This document shows positions 1 through 9,909 of a DNA stretch of 50,089 nucleotides, one piece after another. Every line of letters begins with the position of its first letter. The first letter of the stretch is position 1. Position numbers and translations under genes: made by a program. The DNA is taken from positions 1 to 50,089 of the forward strand of contig CAZUHD010000002.1 in NCBI GenBank assembly GCA_964620415.1, read 5' to 3'. Source of the DNA: an uncultured Clostridium sp. (GTDB lineage Bacteria; Bacillota; Clostridia; TANB77; CAG-508). Below the pieces are notes generated by a model. It made no database searches. It had not been told where the DNA came from and saw only the letters and a program-made list of their open reading frames with translations.

Positions 1-493
1 TGCCTAATTTCATTCCTCCATTTTTCATAGGAACAGCCATGCTAATTCCTTCTGGAATATCGTGGAGACATATAGCAATTGCAAGACCAATCCCTAATCT
101 TAAAGAAGCATCAAATCCTGAGCCTATTGCTAACCCTTCTGGAAAATTATGTATTGCAAGTCCTATACTAACAATTATTCCTGTTTTAAGTAAATTATTT
201 GATTTCAAATTCTGCTTTTTAGTAAATTTCTTTTCAACTAATAAATCACAAAAAATCATAGATATTATTCCTAGTCCAATCCCTATTACAATCATTAAAA
301 TATTAGTTAAACTAAATGCTTCTGGAATTAAATCAAAACATATTACTGACATCATAAGCCCTGATGCAAATGATAAAATAAAACTTAAAAATTTATTTGA
401 TACATTACTAAATAAGCACCCTATTATTCCTCCTATAGTTGTTCCAAATGTACCAAAAAATAAACCTAAAAGAGTTGTTTTTAAAACATTCAT
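1..493 (-). CDS. zupT: ZIP-family (ZupT-like) divalent metal transporter, 5' part only; the gene runs past the left window edge
   Basis: Absent from the ORF track because it is open at the window edge. Reverse-strand translation from ATG at 491-493 gives MNVLKTTLLGLFFGTFGTTIGG...GLAIHNFPEGLAIGSGF...AICLHDIPEGISMAVP. The paired HNFPEG and HDIPEG motifs in a hydrophobic context are typical of ZupT/ZIP. A GAGG RBS lies about 8 nt upstream. The listed + ORF 39..530 is its antisense shadow. Confidence 0.75.
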   Translation of the reverse strand, partial: MNVLKTTLLGLFFGTFGTTIGGIIGCLFSNVSNKFLSFILSFASGLMMSVICFDLIPEAFSLTNILMIVIGIGLGIISMIFCDLLVEKKFTKKQNLKSNNLLKTGIIVSIGLAIHNFPEGLAIGSGFDASLRLGIGLAIAICLHDIPEGISMAVPMKNGGMKLG

Positions 494-611
494 ATCTTTA
501 CCTCTTTTAGATTTTATTAATATTACTTAGTTTTTAGAACTTTATTCATATGTATTTATATCAAAAATCAAAAGCCTTCTTATTTATATAACAAGGAAGT
601 TTTTTTCTACT

Positions 612-746
612 TTATTTATTATTTTCTTCTTTTTTATCTTCTTCTACTGTTTCAAATCCATTTCCTGTTTTATTTAATATTGCATTTATACTTTCCATTA
701 TATCTTCTAAATCTTCATCAAAATCATCTTTTTTTACTTCAAGCAT
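612..746 (-). CDS. Hypothetical small acidic protein (44 aa), start abuts the tatD stop (TAAATG)
   Basis: My translation is MLEVKKDDFDEDLEDIMESINAILNKTGNGFETVEEDKKEENNK. It is below the ORF-track size cut-off. It fills the tatD-zupT gap on the same strand. No recognisable family. Confidence 0.3.
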   Translation of the reverse strand: MLEVKKDDFDEDLEDIMESINAILNKTGNGFETVEEDKKEENNK

Positions 747-1535
747 TTATTTTCTCTCCTTTTTTAAGAATAAATTTGTAGCATTTTCATATGCTATTTT
801 TGCAATCTCTTCAGCTGATGTATTTTTGTATTCTGCTAATTTTTGTACTATATATTTTAAGTTACTCGAATCATTTCTAGTTCCTCTAATTGGCTCAGGA
901 GCAAGAAATGGTGCATCTGTTTCTGTAAGAATTTTATCCATTGGAACCATTTTTACTATATTTTCAGCATTTTTTGAATTTTTAAATGTACAAGTACCAC
1001 CAAAAGCAATATATAGCCCAGCATCTAGTCCATGTTTTACAAGCTCATTATTAAATGGACAACAATGTAAAACTCCTGAATTTTTTAGCTTTGTTTTTCT
1101 TAATATTGCTATTGTATCATCTATTGCATCTCTTGTATGTATTGATATTGGTAATTCAAGTTCATTTGCAAGTTCAATTTGCTTTTCAAATGCTTTTATT
1201 TGAAATTCTTTATTATCTAATTTCCAATTATAGTCTAATCCTATCTCTCCAATTGCTACAACTTTTTTATTTTTTATTACTAATTCCTTTATTTTTTGAA
1301 TTTCTCGTTCTAGTCCTTCTTCTGTGTCAGGAAGATTTTCTGGATGGATTCCACATATTGCATATATAAAATCATGTTTTTTAGCAAGTTCTATCGCATT
1401 TTTAGAGCTTTCATAGTCACATCCAACCTCAAATGCCTTTGTTACCCCTGCCTGTAATATTTTTTTTATTATATCTTCCCTATCTGTATCAAATCTTTCC
1501 TCATTTATGTGCATGTGAGTATCAAAAAATTCCAC
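747..1535 (-). CDS. tatD: TatD-family metal-dependent hydrolase/DNase (YabD-like)
   Basis: 262 aa with a GTG start after an AGGAGG RBS. FDTHMHIN at the N-terminus, GEIGLDY, SIHTRDA and ETDAPFL blocks match the TatD amidohydrolase-fold pattern. Confidence 0.85.
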   Translation of the reverse strand: MEFFDTHMHINEERFDTDREDIIKKILQAGVTKAFEVGCDYESSKNAIELAKKHDFIYAICGIHPENLPDTEEGLEREIQKIKELVIKNKKVVAIGEIGLDYNWKLDNKEFQIKAFEKQIELANELELPISIHTRDAIDDTIAILRKTKLKNSGVLHCCPFNNELVKHGLDAGLYIAFGGTCTFKNSKNAENIVKMVPMDKILTETDAPFLAPEPIRGTRNDSSNLKYIVQKLAEYKNTSAEEIAKIAYENATNLFLKKERK

Positions 1536-1544
1536 TATTTCCTC

Positions 1545-1919
1545 CTATTTAAAAAGTACATTTACATTTGCTACAGCATAATCATTGCAATGTGATATAC
1601 TAACATCTACATTTTCAACTTTACTGTCTTTTAAAAATAATATTTCTACCTTTGGTCTCCCATTTTCATCATTCAATGTTTCTACATCTTTCCATGATAT
1701 AGAAAATTTATCATTTACTTCTTCTGATAAAGCCTTAAATGCCGCTTCTTTTACAGCAAATCTAGCAGCATAATGTTCATACCTGTTTTTTCCTTTCGAT
1801 TCGCAATAGTCAATTTCTTTTTTGGTATAGACTTTATTTAAAAACTTATCTCCCAAAGTTTCTATACTATCTTTTATCCTTGAAACTTCTATTATATCTA
1901 CTCCACATTTTATTTTCAT
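1545..1919 (-). CDS. acpS: Holo-[acyl-carrier-protein] synthase (4'-phosphopantetheinyl transferase)
   Basis: 124 aa. GVDIIEVSRI at the N-terminus and FAVKEAAFKAL are characteristic of AcpS, and the size is typical. Confidence 0.85.
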   Translation of the reverse strand: MKIKCGVDIIEVSRIKDSIETLGDKFLNKVYTKKEIDYCESKGKNRYEHYAARFAVKEAAFKALSEEVNDKFSISWKDVETLNDENGRPKVEILFLKDSKVENVDVSISHCNDYAVANVNVLFK

Positions 1920-1934
1920 CTTTGCTGTACCTTT

Positions 1935-3176
1935 CTATCGATTAACAAAATAAATAATAAAATTTATTATATTAAATATAAGAGTTATCACTAATGCAAT
2001 TACAATAAATCCTGTCATCTTTTCATTTTTTTCTATTTTTAATTCATTATATAAAATATTATATTTATTTTTAAGATCATTATATATTTTTTCTACTTCT
2101 AATACTTCTTTTATGTATGTATAATATAAACTACCTATATCATCTGACGTAATTTCTTGTATCCATAGTTTTTTTGTAAAATCTATAAATTTTTTTCTAC
2201 ATACATCTATGTCTTTTCCTTCTCTAAATTCATAATTTAATTTTTTTGAATATACCTTTAAATAAAGTGCAAGTATATATGTGTAAAAATATTGATTTTC
2301 AAAAGTTTCAGGTAAAATAGTATAATTATTTATATCACAATCTGAACTTAATAGATTTATTCCTAATTTTGAAATTCCAATTTTAGAATATTTAGAATTA
2401 GCAAGTATTTTTGTATTATCACTTATAACCGAATTGGTATTTACATCATTAGGAAGTATATTTACATATTTAAAGAAGTCATTTTTTACATTCTCAAAAG
2501 AATTATTTATATCCCAAAATTCTTGTCTAATACAAGTATATGAATACGTATAAAACCTTTCCACATCAAGATTTAATTTTAAAGCATCTATATTTGGTCC
2601 TGTAATATTTTGTATAAAATCTTGAATTGCCTCAATGTTTTCAAAGGAATCTGCTTGTACTTTTATATTATCATAATTTTTTAAGTTATTACATTCTTGG
2701 TTTATATCTTTAAATTTATAGTTAAAATTTAATACGTTTGAAAAGTCGTTACTCCCTTCAATATTTGTTTTTAAATATAGAAAACCTATTCCTGTATTAA
2801 ATAGTACTAATCCAACTTTTTGTATTTTGAAAAATATACTGTTTTCATCTACCGTTTTTCCTTGAATATCTTGTTCTAATTTACATTCAAATGTCACACT
2901 AGGATATTTTGCAAGAACAGCTGCTTGTGTTTCTATTGGTAATTCTTTTAGTTTTTCCATCTTCTGTTTATCTTCTAACTCAAATGTGCTAAATAAGAAC
3001 TCTCTTATTTTAGGCAAGAAATGTGTATATAGTTCTAAGTCTTTATTTCTTTCAAACACTCTAAGATTAAATCTTTTATCTCTTAGTAACTTTAATATAT
3101 ATTTATTATATCTGTTTTCTTTTATTATAAAAGTGTGAATAAAATACGTATATTGATACCTTGTCTTTAGTTCCAT
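1935..3176 (-). CDS. Hypothetical protein with a single C-terminal transmembrane helix
   Basis: Long ORF of 413 aa with a hydrophobic tail (MTGFIVIALVITLIFNIINFIIYF). No family recognised by eye. Confidence 0.5.
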   Translation of the reverse strand: MELKTRYQYTYFIHTFIIKENRYNKYILKLLRDKRFNLRVFERNKDLELYTHFLPKIREFLFSTFELEDKQKMEKLKELPIETQAAVLAKYPSVTFECKLEQDIQGKTVDENSIFFKIQKVGLVLFNTGIGFLYLKTNIEGSNDFSNVLNFNYKFKDINQECNNLKNYDNIKVQADSFENIEAIQDFIQNITGPNIDALKLNLDVERFYTYSYTCIRQEFWDINNSFENVKNDFFKYVNILPNDVNTNSVISDNTKILANSKYSKIGISKLGINLLSSDCDINNYTILPETFENQYFYTYILALYLKVYSKKLNYEFREGKDIDVCRKKFIDFTKKLWIQEITSDDIGSLYYTYIKEVLEVEKIYNDLKNKYNILYNELKIEKNEKMTGFIVIALVITLIFNIINFIIYFVNR

Positions 3177-3197
3177 TTTATATTTTTCTCCTTTTAA

Positions 3198-4712
3198 TTA
3201 TTTATCACAATAGTAATTCATATTTAAATCTAATCCTAAGTGCCATTTTCCTATAAAATCTATAACTAAGTTATTGTCTAAATTATAATATGGTTCAATT
3301 ACAACATTTCCTTCTTTATCTATTGATCCCCATAATCCATCTTTTTTGATTGCCGCAAATCCATATTTATTAAATTCTGTTGCATCATCATATATATAAT
3401 CTACAACGACATTTCCTTTTTTATCAATAAATCCATATTTTCCATTTCGTTTACTTCTATATAATTCATTTGTAGGTAAAATATCTTGTATACTTTTTTC
3501 TTGGAATTTAAAGTTGTAATATTTATAATCATCATTTGTTTGTATTTTCATATATCCTTCATCTGTATTTAATTCTGATAATATTCCTGTAACTTTTACC
3601 TCAAAATTATTGTCTAAAATAGATGAAGTATAATTTTCATCGTCTGCAATATATATTCCTGCTTTTTTATCATATGTTATATCTTGATATATAAATGCAA
3701 TTTTTTCTGTTCCGTCAAGACTCAAAACACCTACTTTTCCATCTTTTGCTGCTAAGAATATATCTGTATTAAGCTCTCTTAAATTATCATATATTGCTTC
3801 CATTTTAACTATCCCATCATATCCCATTAGTCCGTATTTTTCATTTTGTATAAATATAGCTCCTGAGGTTGCAAGTTCCCTAATTTCTCCAAAGTTTGCT
3901 ACAATTATTTGATTTTCTGATTCATCTATTATCTTTTCTTCTCCGTTTTCTTGTACTGCATAATATTTATCATTATAGGCATTTTCTATTTTTTCATATT
4001 TGTTCTCTAATACAGTTTTTCCTGTTATATTTACTAAACCATATTTTCCATCTTGATTTACTGTAATATAACCATTTTTACTTTCATCACCATAGCTAGT
4101 TATTTCTGTATATTCTGTATTGAGTATAGATATTCCTTTGTTATTTACAAGTCCTACTAATCCATCTTTTTCTACTATTATACTGTTTGTAACTCCTTTT
4201 AGCGCAGTTATATCATCATATTCTGCCTGTAATATTTCTTTACCATCTAGGTCTATTAATCCCCATTTTCCGTCTTTTTGGACTTTAAGAACATTTTCCT
4301 CATACCAAATATTGCCTGCTTCATCATAATTTTCCAATGCTTCTACTTTGTTATAGTTTGTAAATATTTCTTCATTATTTTTGTTTATTACTTTTGTTTT
4401 ATATGTTCCATCATCTTCATTTATATCATATGTGCATAAAAACACATCTTTACTTTCATCTACAATAATTATCATTTCTTGGTACATTGGTTCTACTATG
4501 ACATTTCCATCTGTGCCTAGAACGCCCCATTTTTGATCTTTATAAAATGCTACGTAATTTGTAATGTCTACTTGTTTTGTATTCTTTGCTTTAGTAAGGA
4601 TATTTTTTAAAATTATAATTGTCATAATTATAACAATTATTGCTACAATTACTGCAAATACTTTCTTATAATTAAGTTTTGCTCCATCGTCATATCTCTT
4701 TCCTTTACTCAT
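3198..4712 (-). CDS. WG-repeat (KWG-type) protein, N-terminally membrane anchored
   Basis: Many repeats of the form KWGVLGTDGNVIVEPMY, KWGLIDLDGKEILQAEYD, KYGFIDKKGNVVVDYIYD and LWGSIDKEGNVVIEPYY. One N-terminal TM helix. I prefer the second ATG (4712), which follows a GGGGGA RBS, over the track start at 4724. Confidence 0.8.
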   Translation of the reverse strand: MSKGKRYDDGAKLNYKKVFAVIVAIIVIIMTIIILKNILTKAKNTKQVDITNYVAFYKDQKWGVLGTDGNVIVEPMYQEMIIIVDESKDVFLCTYDINEDDGTYKTKVINKNNEEIFTNYNKVEALENYDEAGNIWYEENVLKVQKDGKWGLIDLDGKEILQAEYDDITALKGVTNSIIVEKDGLVGLVNNKGISILNTEYTEITSYGDESKNGYITVNQDGKYGLVNITGKTVLENKYEKIENAYNDKYYAVQENGEEKIIDESENQIIVANFGEIRELATSGAIFIQNEKYGLMGYDGIVKMEAIYDNLRELNTDIFLAAKDGKVGVLSLDGTEKIAFIYQDITYDKKAGIYIADDENYTSSILDNNFEVKVTGILSELNTDEGYMKIQTNDDYKYYNFKFQEKSIQDILPTNELYRSKRNGKYGFIDKKGNVVVDYIYDDATEFNKYGFAAIKKDGLWGSIDKEGNVVIEPYYNLDNNLVIDFIGKWHLGLDLNMNYYCDK

Positions 4713-4819
4713 AGTTTCCCCCATTTCTGCTACAATATTACGTTTTTATTCTACTATAAAAGATATAAAAAGTCAATTATTTAAATATATGTTATTCGTT
4801 TTTTTTCTACAATTTTTTA

Positions 4820-5674
4820 TTATGCGTCCACGTGCTTAAAGCCTTCTCCTAATACCTCCCTAGAGTTCGTAACTATTAAAAATGCCTCTGGGTCAATCTT
4901 TTTTATTATTGTTTTTATTTCACTTAAGTCTCTTCTACTTATAGCACACATAAGAACAAGTTTTTCTGAATTAGTATACATTCCTTTTCCGTAGATTCCC
5001 GTAACTCCTCTTTTTACTTTTCTCTCTATCAGTTTTGATATTTCTTCATTTTTATCTGATACAATAAATATTAATTTTGTAAAATATACTCCTTCAAATA
5101 ATATATCTATTATTTTAAATACTAGAAAAATAGTTATTGCTGAATATAAGCCTATTTCTATTCTCTTCAAACATACTACATTAAGTAGTACAATTGTAGC
5201 ATCTATTATTGTTATCAGACTTCCAGTTTTATACTTAGGGTTATATGATTTTATTATCATGCTTAATAAATCAGACCCTCCTGTTGACGAATTTGCTTTT
5301 AAGATCAATGCAGTGCCAATTCCTACTAATATTCCTCCATATATACATGATAATATTTTGTCATTTGTTACATGTTCAAATGTGTTTAACCAATCTATAA
5401 AAATAGATAAACTTACTGTTCCGACTATAGATTTTATTAAAAATCCTTTTCCAATTTTAAATGTAGCTATTAAAAATAACGGTATATTTAGTATTAATAT
5501 TGTTGTTCCCATTGGAATATTAAAAATATAATAAATTATTGTTGCTATTCCAGCAAATCCCCCTGAAGAGAATTCATTTGGAAGTAAAAATAGTGAAGTT
5601 CCTGCTGCCATAATAAAAGCACCTAATATAGTTTCGATTAGTTCAATTATTATATTTTTACTTTCTTCCTTCAT
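4820..5674 (-). CDS. YitT-family membrane protein (DUF161 membrane repeats plus C-terminal DUF2179-like domain)
   Basis: 284 aa with a polytopic N-terminus and a soluble tail VTGIYGKGMYTNSEKLVLMCAISRRDLSEIKTIIKKIDPEAFLIV, typical of YitT/YpjC-like proteins. Confidence 0.75.
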   Translation of the reverse strand: MKEESKNIIIELIETILGAFIMAAGTSLFLLPNEFSSGGFAGIATIIYYIFNIPMGTTILILNIPLFLIATFKIGKGFLIKSIVGTVSLSIFIDWLNTFEHVTNDKILSCIYGGILVGIGTALILKANSSTGGSDLLSMIIKSYNPKYKTGSLITIIDATIVLLNVVCLKRIEIGLYSAITIFLVFKIIDILFEGVYFTKLIFIVSDKNEEISKLIERKVKRGVTGIYGKGMYTNSEKLVLMCAISRRDLSEIKTIIKKIDPEAFLIVTNSREVLGEGFKHVDA

Positions 5675-5706
5675 TAAATATATTTCCTTTCTTTTGTATA
5701 TTAGTA

Positions 5707-7227
5707 TTATACAGATTTGGTATAATATACACTATCAATTGTAAGTTGTACTTTTTTATATTCTCCTATGCTTTCTGGTAAAATAGCATCACCAATGTTT
5801 GATGTATCTTGTATTTTATTTCCAGATATGTCCAAGTATATTGTTTGTTCGTCATTTGATACAATTATATAGTCTTTTTGAACTTGAATACTTGGTGACA
5901 TTACCTCTAATGTTTTCTGGATTTTTTCATTATAGAACTCTGTTAAATTTGTATCACCATTAACTCCTTGTATTATTTTTTTGCCTTTTATTTTTTGTAA
6001 AGATTTGTATTTCATATCTAATACTACATTTCCATTATAATCAATTATACCAAGGTTTCCTTCATCATTTGTTGCAATGAAATAGTTTTCATAAGCATAT
6101 TCTATATATCTATAAGTTTCATCTACAAGTGGCTTTCCATCTTTATCCACAATACCGTAATATGTTATATTATTATTTAAAAATGTTGATATATTGTAGT
6201 TCTCGTTTTCTGTTTCATATATACTTCTATTTGGATCCATGTTCGTCAATTTTCCATTTGAATCATATATTTCAGTATTTTCATTTTTTGATACATATAA
6301 GTATTTTCCCTTAATTTCTATTTCATCAAAATCAATGTCAATTATAAACTCCCCTTGAATATTTGCTACACCATATTTCCTATTTTTTTGAATTATAAAT
6401 AAGTCCATTTTATCATCATATGTTATGTTTTGGTAACTATTAGGTATAACTTCTTTATCTCCTTTAAAAACTCCATATTGTCCATCTTTAGATACTATTA
6501 AATAGACATCTTCTCCAACTTTTTCTGCTCTATTTATTTGATTATATTCTGTATTTAAAATCTTTCTACTATCAAAACTTATATATCCATATTTATATCC
6601 ATCTTCATTTTTATTAGCAACGATAAATCCTGATTTCTTATAACCCTCTTCTTGTGTGTAGTATTCGTCAGATTCAATTTTGTCATACTCTGTTTCTACT
6701 AAAACATTTCCATTTAAATCTATACATCCATATTTTCCATCTTTAGATACTATAAACTTTCCTTCTGTTGGTCTTAAGTTCTCAATTGAATTATATATTG
6801 GCTTTGTTATAATTTTACCATCAAAATTTATTAACCCATATAGCTCATCTTTTTTATACATTAAAACTTTTTTTTCATAAGTTAAGTCACTTGCTACATT
6901 TTTTAGTTTTATCTCCTTTACTGAATCATATTCATCAAAGAGTTCTTTCCCATTACTATTTAGCACTTTAGAGTCTTCATTATTATAGCAAATAAATATA
7001 TCTTTTTCAGGGTTTGGTATAACTACATTTGAATAATTTGCTTCTATTATTACATTTCCATCTTTATCTATTACTCCAAAGTTTTCATTTTCTCTATATA
7101 AATAATAATTATATTTAGATATATCTTCTATTTCATATTCAAATTTGTTACTTTTTTTGTTTTTAACTACAAAAATTCCTGACACTATTATTATTACAAT
7201 AATCATCACTAAAATTATTTTTTTCAT
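5707..7227 (-). CDS. WG-repeat protein, second paralog, N-terminal TM anchor
   Basis: Repeats include NFGVIDKDGNVIIEANY, LYGLINFDGKIITKPIY, KYGCIDLNGNVLVETEYD and YYGIVDKDGKPLVDETY. Confidence 0.8.
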   Translation of the reverse strand: MKKIILVMIIVIIIVSGIFVVKNKKSNKFEYEIEDISKYNYYLYRENENFGVIDKDGNVIIEANYSNVVIPNPEKDIFICYNNEDSKVLNSNGKELFDEYDSVKEIKLKNVASDLTYEKKVLMYKKDELYGLINFDGKIITKPIYNSIENLRPTEGKFIVSKDGKYGCIDLNGNVLVETEYDKIESDEYYTQEEGYKKSGFIVANKNEDGYKYGYISFDSRKILNTEYNQINRAEKVGEDVYLIVSKDGQYGVFKGDKEVIPNSYQNITYDDKMDLFIIQKNRKYGVANIQGEFIIDIDFDEIEIKGKYLYVSKNENTEIYDSNGKLTNMDPNRSIYETENENYNISTFLNNNITYYGIVDKDGKPLVDETYRYIEYAYENYFIATNDEGNLGIIDYNGNVVLDMKYKSLQKIKGKKIIQGVNGDTNLTEFYNEKIQKTLEVMSPSIQVQKDYIIVSNDEQTIYLDISGNKIQDTSNIGDAILPESIGEYKKVQLTIDSVYYTKSV

Positions 7228-7463
7228 AATCTATTTCCTTTCCTAAAGTTTATCTTTTTACTTATAATACAATATATAATTTATAAATTCAAGTATTTAT
7301 TTATAACTTTATTGATTATTATTACAGTTTTGGAAGAATAATTATTGATATAAAGCCATTTTGTAATTTTTATAAAAATTTTTTAAAGTTTTAATTTTAA
7401 TAAATTTAATTTAAAAATACTATATAATAAGAAATATACATATATCAAGTGTATGTTTTATTT

Positions 7464-7531
7464 TTTGTCAATACTTTTTTATCGTTTTTCAATAAAAAAG
7501 TATTGACAAACGAAGATAAAGGATATATACT
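7464..7531 (+). promoter_or_regulatory. Sigma-70-type promoter (TTGACA-17-TATACT) whose -35 box lies inside a 19-bp perfect inverted repeat (candidate operator)
   Basis: Arms are 7464-7482 (TTTGTCAATACTTTTTTAT) and 7492-7510 (ATAAAAAAGTATTGACAAA), with a 9-nt spacer. The -35 TTGACA is at 7503-7508 and the -10 TATACT at 7526-7531. It lies upstream of the DUF2975/HTH operon that starts at 7558. Confidence 0.6.
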
Positions 7532-7557
7532 TATGGAAAATAAAGGAGGAATCTATA

Positions 7558-8073
7558 ATGAAAATTTTAGGAGAAAAAAGCTTATCATCGAAAGTCATAA
7601 TAGGGCTTAAGATACTTTTTGCCATGATAAGTTTTATTGATATAGTGGTATTAAGCTTAATAGTAAAAGTCATACATCATATTGTTATGAAAGAAAATAT
7701 ACAAAATAATATATTTGATCTTACTTTATTCATTATGATTATAATTACAGGAATAATAGCACTTTTTATAATTTACCAATTTATTAAAATATTTAAAAAT
7801 TTAAAAAACAATGTACTATTTAGTGAAAATAATGTTAAAAGCTTAAATATAGTTAGTAGAAGTTGTTTTATAATAAGTGCAATATATTTTATTATAACAA
7901 TTTTTATATTCTTAATAATGAGTAATCTAATAGGAGATTTTATATATTTTGTATTTGCTTTTTCTATAATGTTGATGGTTATATTTGCTGTTTCTGGAAT
8001 AGGAATAAAAATACTTAATGAAATATATAAAAAAGCAATTGAATATAAAGAAGAAAATGATTTTACAATTTAA
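7558..8073 (+). CDS. DUF2975-like small polytopic membrane protein
   Basis: 171 aa with 4-5 hydrophobic helices, immediately upstream of a YozG-type HTH gene. This pairing is recurrent in Firmicutes. Confidence 0.6.
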   Translation: MKILGEKSLSSKVIIGLKILFAMISFIDIVVLSLIVKVIHHIVMKENIQNNIFDLTLFIMIIITGIIALFIIYQFIKIFKNLKNNVLFSENNVKSLNIVSRSCFIISAIYFIITIFIFLIMSNLIGDFIYFVFAFSIMLMVIFAVSGIGIKILNEIYKKAIEYKEENDFTI

Positions 8074-8090
8074 GGAAAGGAAGAGAAATA

Positions 8091-8294
8091 ATGCCAATTA
8101 TTGTTAATGTAGATGTAATGTTAGCAAAGAGAAAAATGTCATCAGGAGAACTTGCCGAGAAAGTTGGAATAACTCCTGCTAATCTTTCAATATTGAAAAC
8201 AAATAAAGCAAAAGCAATAAGATTTTCAACATTAGAAAAAATTTGTGAAATTTTAGATTGTAAGCCAGGAGATATATTAGATTATGAAAAATAA
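8091..8294 (+). CDS. Short XRE/Cro-like helix-turn-helix transcriptional regulator (YozG-like)
   Basis: 67 aa. KRKMSSGELAEKVGITPANLSILKTNKAKAIRFSTLEKICEILDCKPGDIL matches the HTH_26/YozG pattern. Confidence 0.85.
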   Translation: MPIIVNVDVMLAKRKMSSGELAEKVGITPANLSILKTNKAKAIRFSTLEKICEILDCKPGDILDYEK

Positions 8295-8315
8295 AGTAAA
8301 TGGGGAAATATTATT

Positions 8316-9803
8316 ATGGAAATTATAGGGAGTTTAGCATTAGCTATAATTCAATCTATATTGTTTTATGGTAAAGAAATAGGAATTTCGATGTTGTTAT
8401 TCTTTAGTATAGGAAATGGAATAATTTATTACATACTTAATAAAAAGAATAGAATAAAAAATAAAAATGGTTTTCTATTAATAATATCAATACTGTTATT
8501 AAGTAGCACATACTTTATATTTGCAAATAAGACTTTTTACATAGCAAATATTTTTATTTTAATAATTTTAAACTTGATGATGTATGTGATAGTTACTAAT
8601 AAAAAGAATTACTTAACAAATTATTTCTATAATACATTTAAATTATTAACAGATATAATTACAGGTTATAAATATAGCATAGAATATACAAAAGAAAAAT
8701 CGGAAGAACATATTAAAGGTAACCATAAAATAGATAAAGATAATATAAAAAAGATTGCTATTTCTGGATTAATTGTATTTGCTATTGTTGGAGTAGTTAT
8801 AATATTACTCGCTTCTGCAGATAGTATATTTGCTGGTATATTTACTGGAATAAAAAATATTTTCAGAAACATAAATATAGGTAATGTATTTAGACTAATA
8901 TTAAGACTTGTAATTATTGTAGTAATATATTTCTTATTTTTAAGTTTTATTTTAAATCTTCAAAAAGAATATGATAATGAAGAAAAAAATTTAAAGAATA
9001 ACGATAATAGATATTGTCTTACAATAAAAATGCTTTTAATTACATTAAATATTGTATATTTAGTTTTTTGCTTTATTCAAGTAAAATCACTATTTGCAAA
9101 AATAAATATAGATGAAACATTTAATTATGCGAATTATGCAAGAACTGGATTCTTTGAGCTTATGTTTGTTTCATTTATAAACTTTGTAATTATAATAGTA
9201 TCAAATAGATATAATGAGAATAAAGAAAAACTTATTAAAATATTAAATTTATTTTTAGTTATATTTACAATTATAATAGCTATATCATCAATGTATAGAA
9301 TGCATATGTATGAGATGGAATATGGTTTGACTTATTTAAGAATTTTTGTATATATAATATTACTAACTGAAATAGCAACATTTATTCCAATAACAGCATA
9401 CATTTTTAATGAGAAATTTGACTTTGTAAAATGGAGTTTCGCCATAGTATTATGTGTTTATTGTGGAATTAATTATATGAATATAGAAAAGATAATAGTT
9501 AATAAGAATATTAACAGAGATATAAGTTCAATATCTATTGATTATCAATACTTATCTCGTATTGTAAGTGAAGATAGTTATGATATTTTAGAGGAAAAGC
9601 TCAAAGAAGACAATATAGAATCATCAGAAAAATTAGAATTAACAAACATATTATTAAAACTTGTAACTAATTCTAAAGAAATGAATTGGCAAGAATTTAA
9701 TATTTCAAAATATAAGATGCAAGAAAAGAATATTAATACACAAAAACTTAGAGAAGAAATATTAGATCTAGGAAGAAAAATTACAGAAGAAAAAAATTAT
9801 TGA
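8316..9803 (+). CDS. Large polytopic membrane protein (DUF4153/DUF4173-like)
   Basis: 495 aa with more than 10 hydrophobic segments and a C-terminal soluble K/E-rich tail. The family assignment rests only on topology and neighbourhood. Confidence 0.45.
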   Translation: MEIIGSLALAIIQSILFYGKEIGISMLLFFSIGNGIIYYILNKKNRIKNKNGFLLIISILLLSSTYFIFANKTFYIANIFILIILNLMMYVIVTNKKNYLTNYFYNTFKLLTDIITGYKYSIEYTKEKSEEHIKGNHKIDKDNIKKIAISGLIVFAIVGVVIILLASADSIFAGIFTGIKNIFRNINIGNVFRLILRLVIIVVIYFLFLSFILNLQKEYDNEEKNLKNNDNRYCLTIKMLLITLNIVYLVFCFIQVKSLFAKINIDETFNYANYARTGFFELMFVSFINFVIIIVSNRYNENKEKLIKILNLFLVIFTIIIAISSMYRMHMYEMEYGLTYLRIFVYIILLTEIATFIPITAYIFNEKFDFVKWSFAIVLCVYCGINYMNIEKIIVNKNINRDISSISIDYQYLSRIVSEDSYDILEEKLKEDNIESSEKLELTNILLKLVTNSKEMNWQEFNISKYKMQEKNINTQKLREEILDLGRKITEEKNY

Positions 9804-9909
9804 AGAAGAATATTTTGTAGAATAGGAATTATTAATAATATATGATTTTAGGAAAAACATCTAATCAAATAGATTTTCCATACGAACAAATCTGGAAAGA
9901 GGTATTTAA

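Noticed and set aside
39-530. 163-aa + strand ORF at the window start
   Set aside because: It is the antisense shadow of the minus-strand ZupT-like gene. Its sequence is low-complexity (P/I/S-rich) and it has no RBS.
531-611. Possible terminator hairpin between the small ORF and zupT
   Set aside because: The candidate arms (CCTTCTT / AAGGAAG) are not actually complementary when paired.
826-1369. + strand ORFs 826..1203 and 1055..1369 inside tatD
   Set aside because: They lie antisense to a well-supported TatD CDS, are hydrophobic and low-complexity, and have no RBS.
7479-7673. 64-aa minus-strand ORF across the 7.5-kb promoter region
   Set aside because: It overlaps the palindrome/promoter and the 5' end of the DUF2975 gene, and it has no RBS. 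It is probably spurious.
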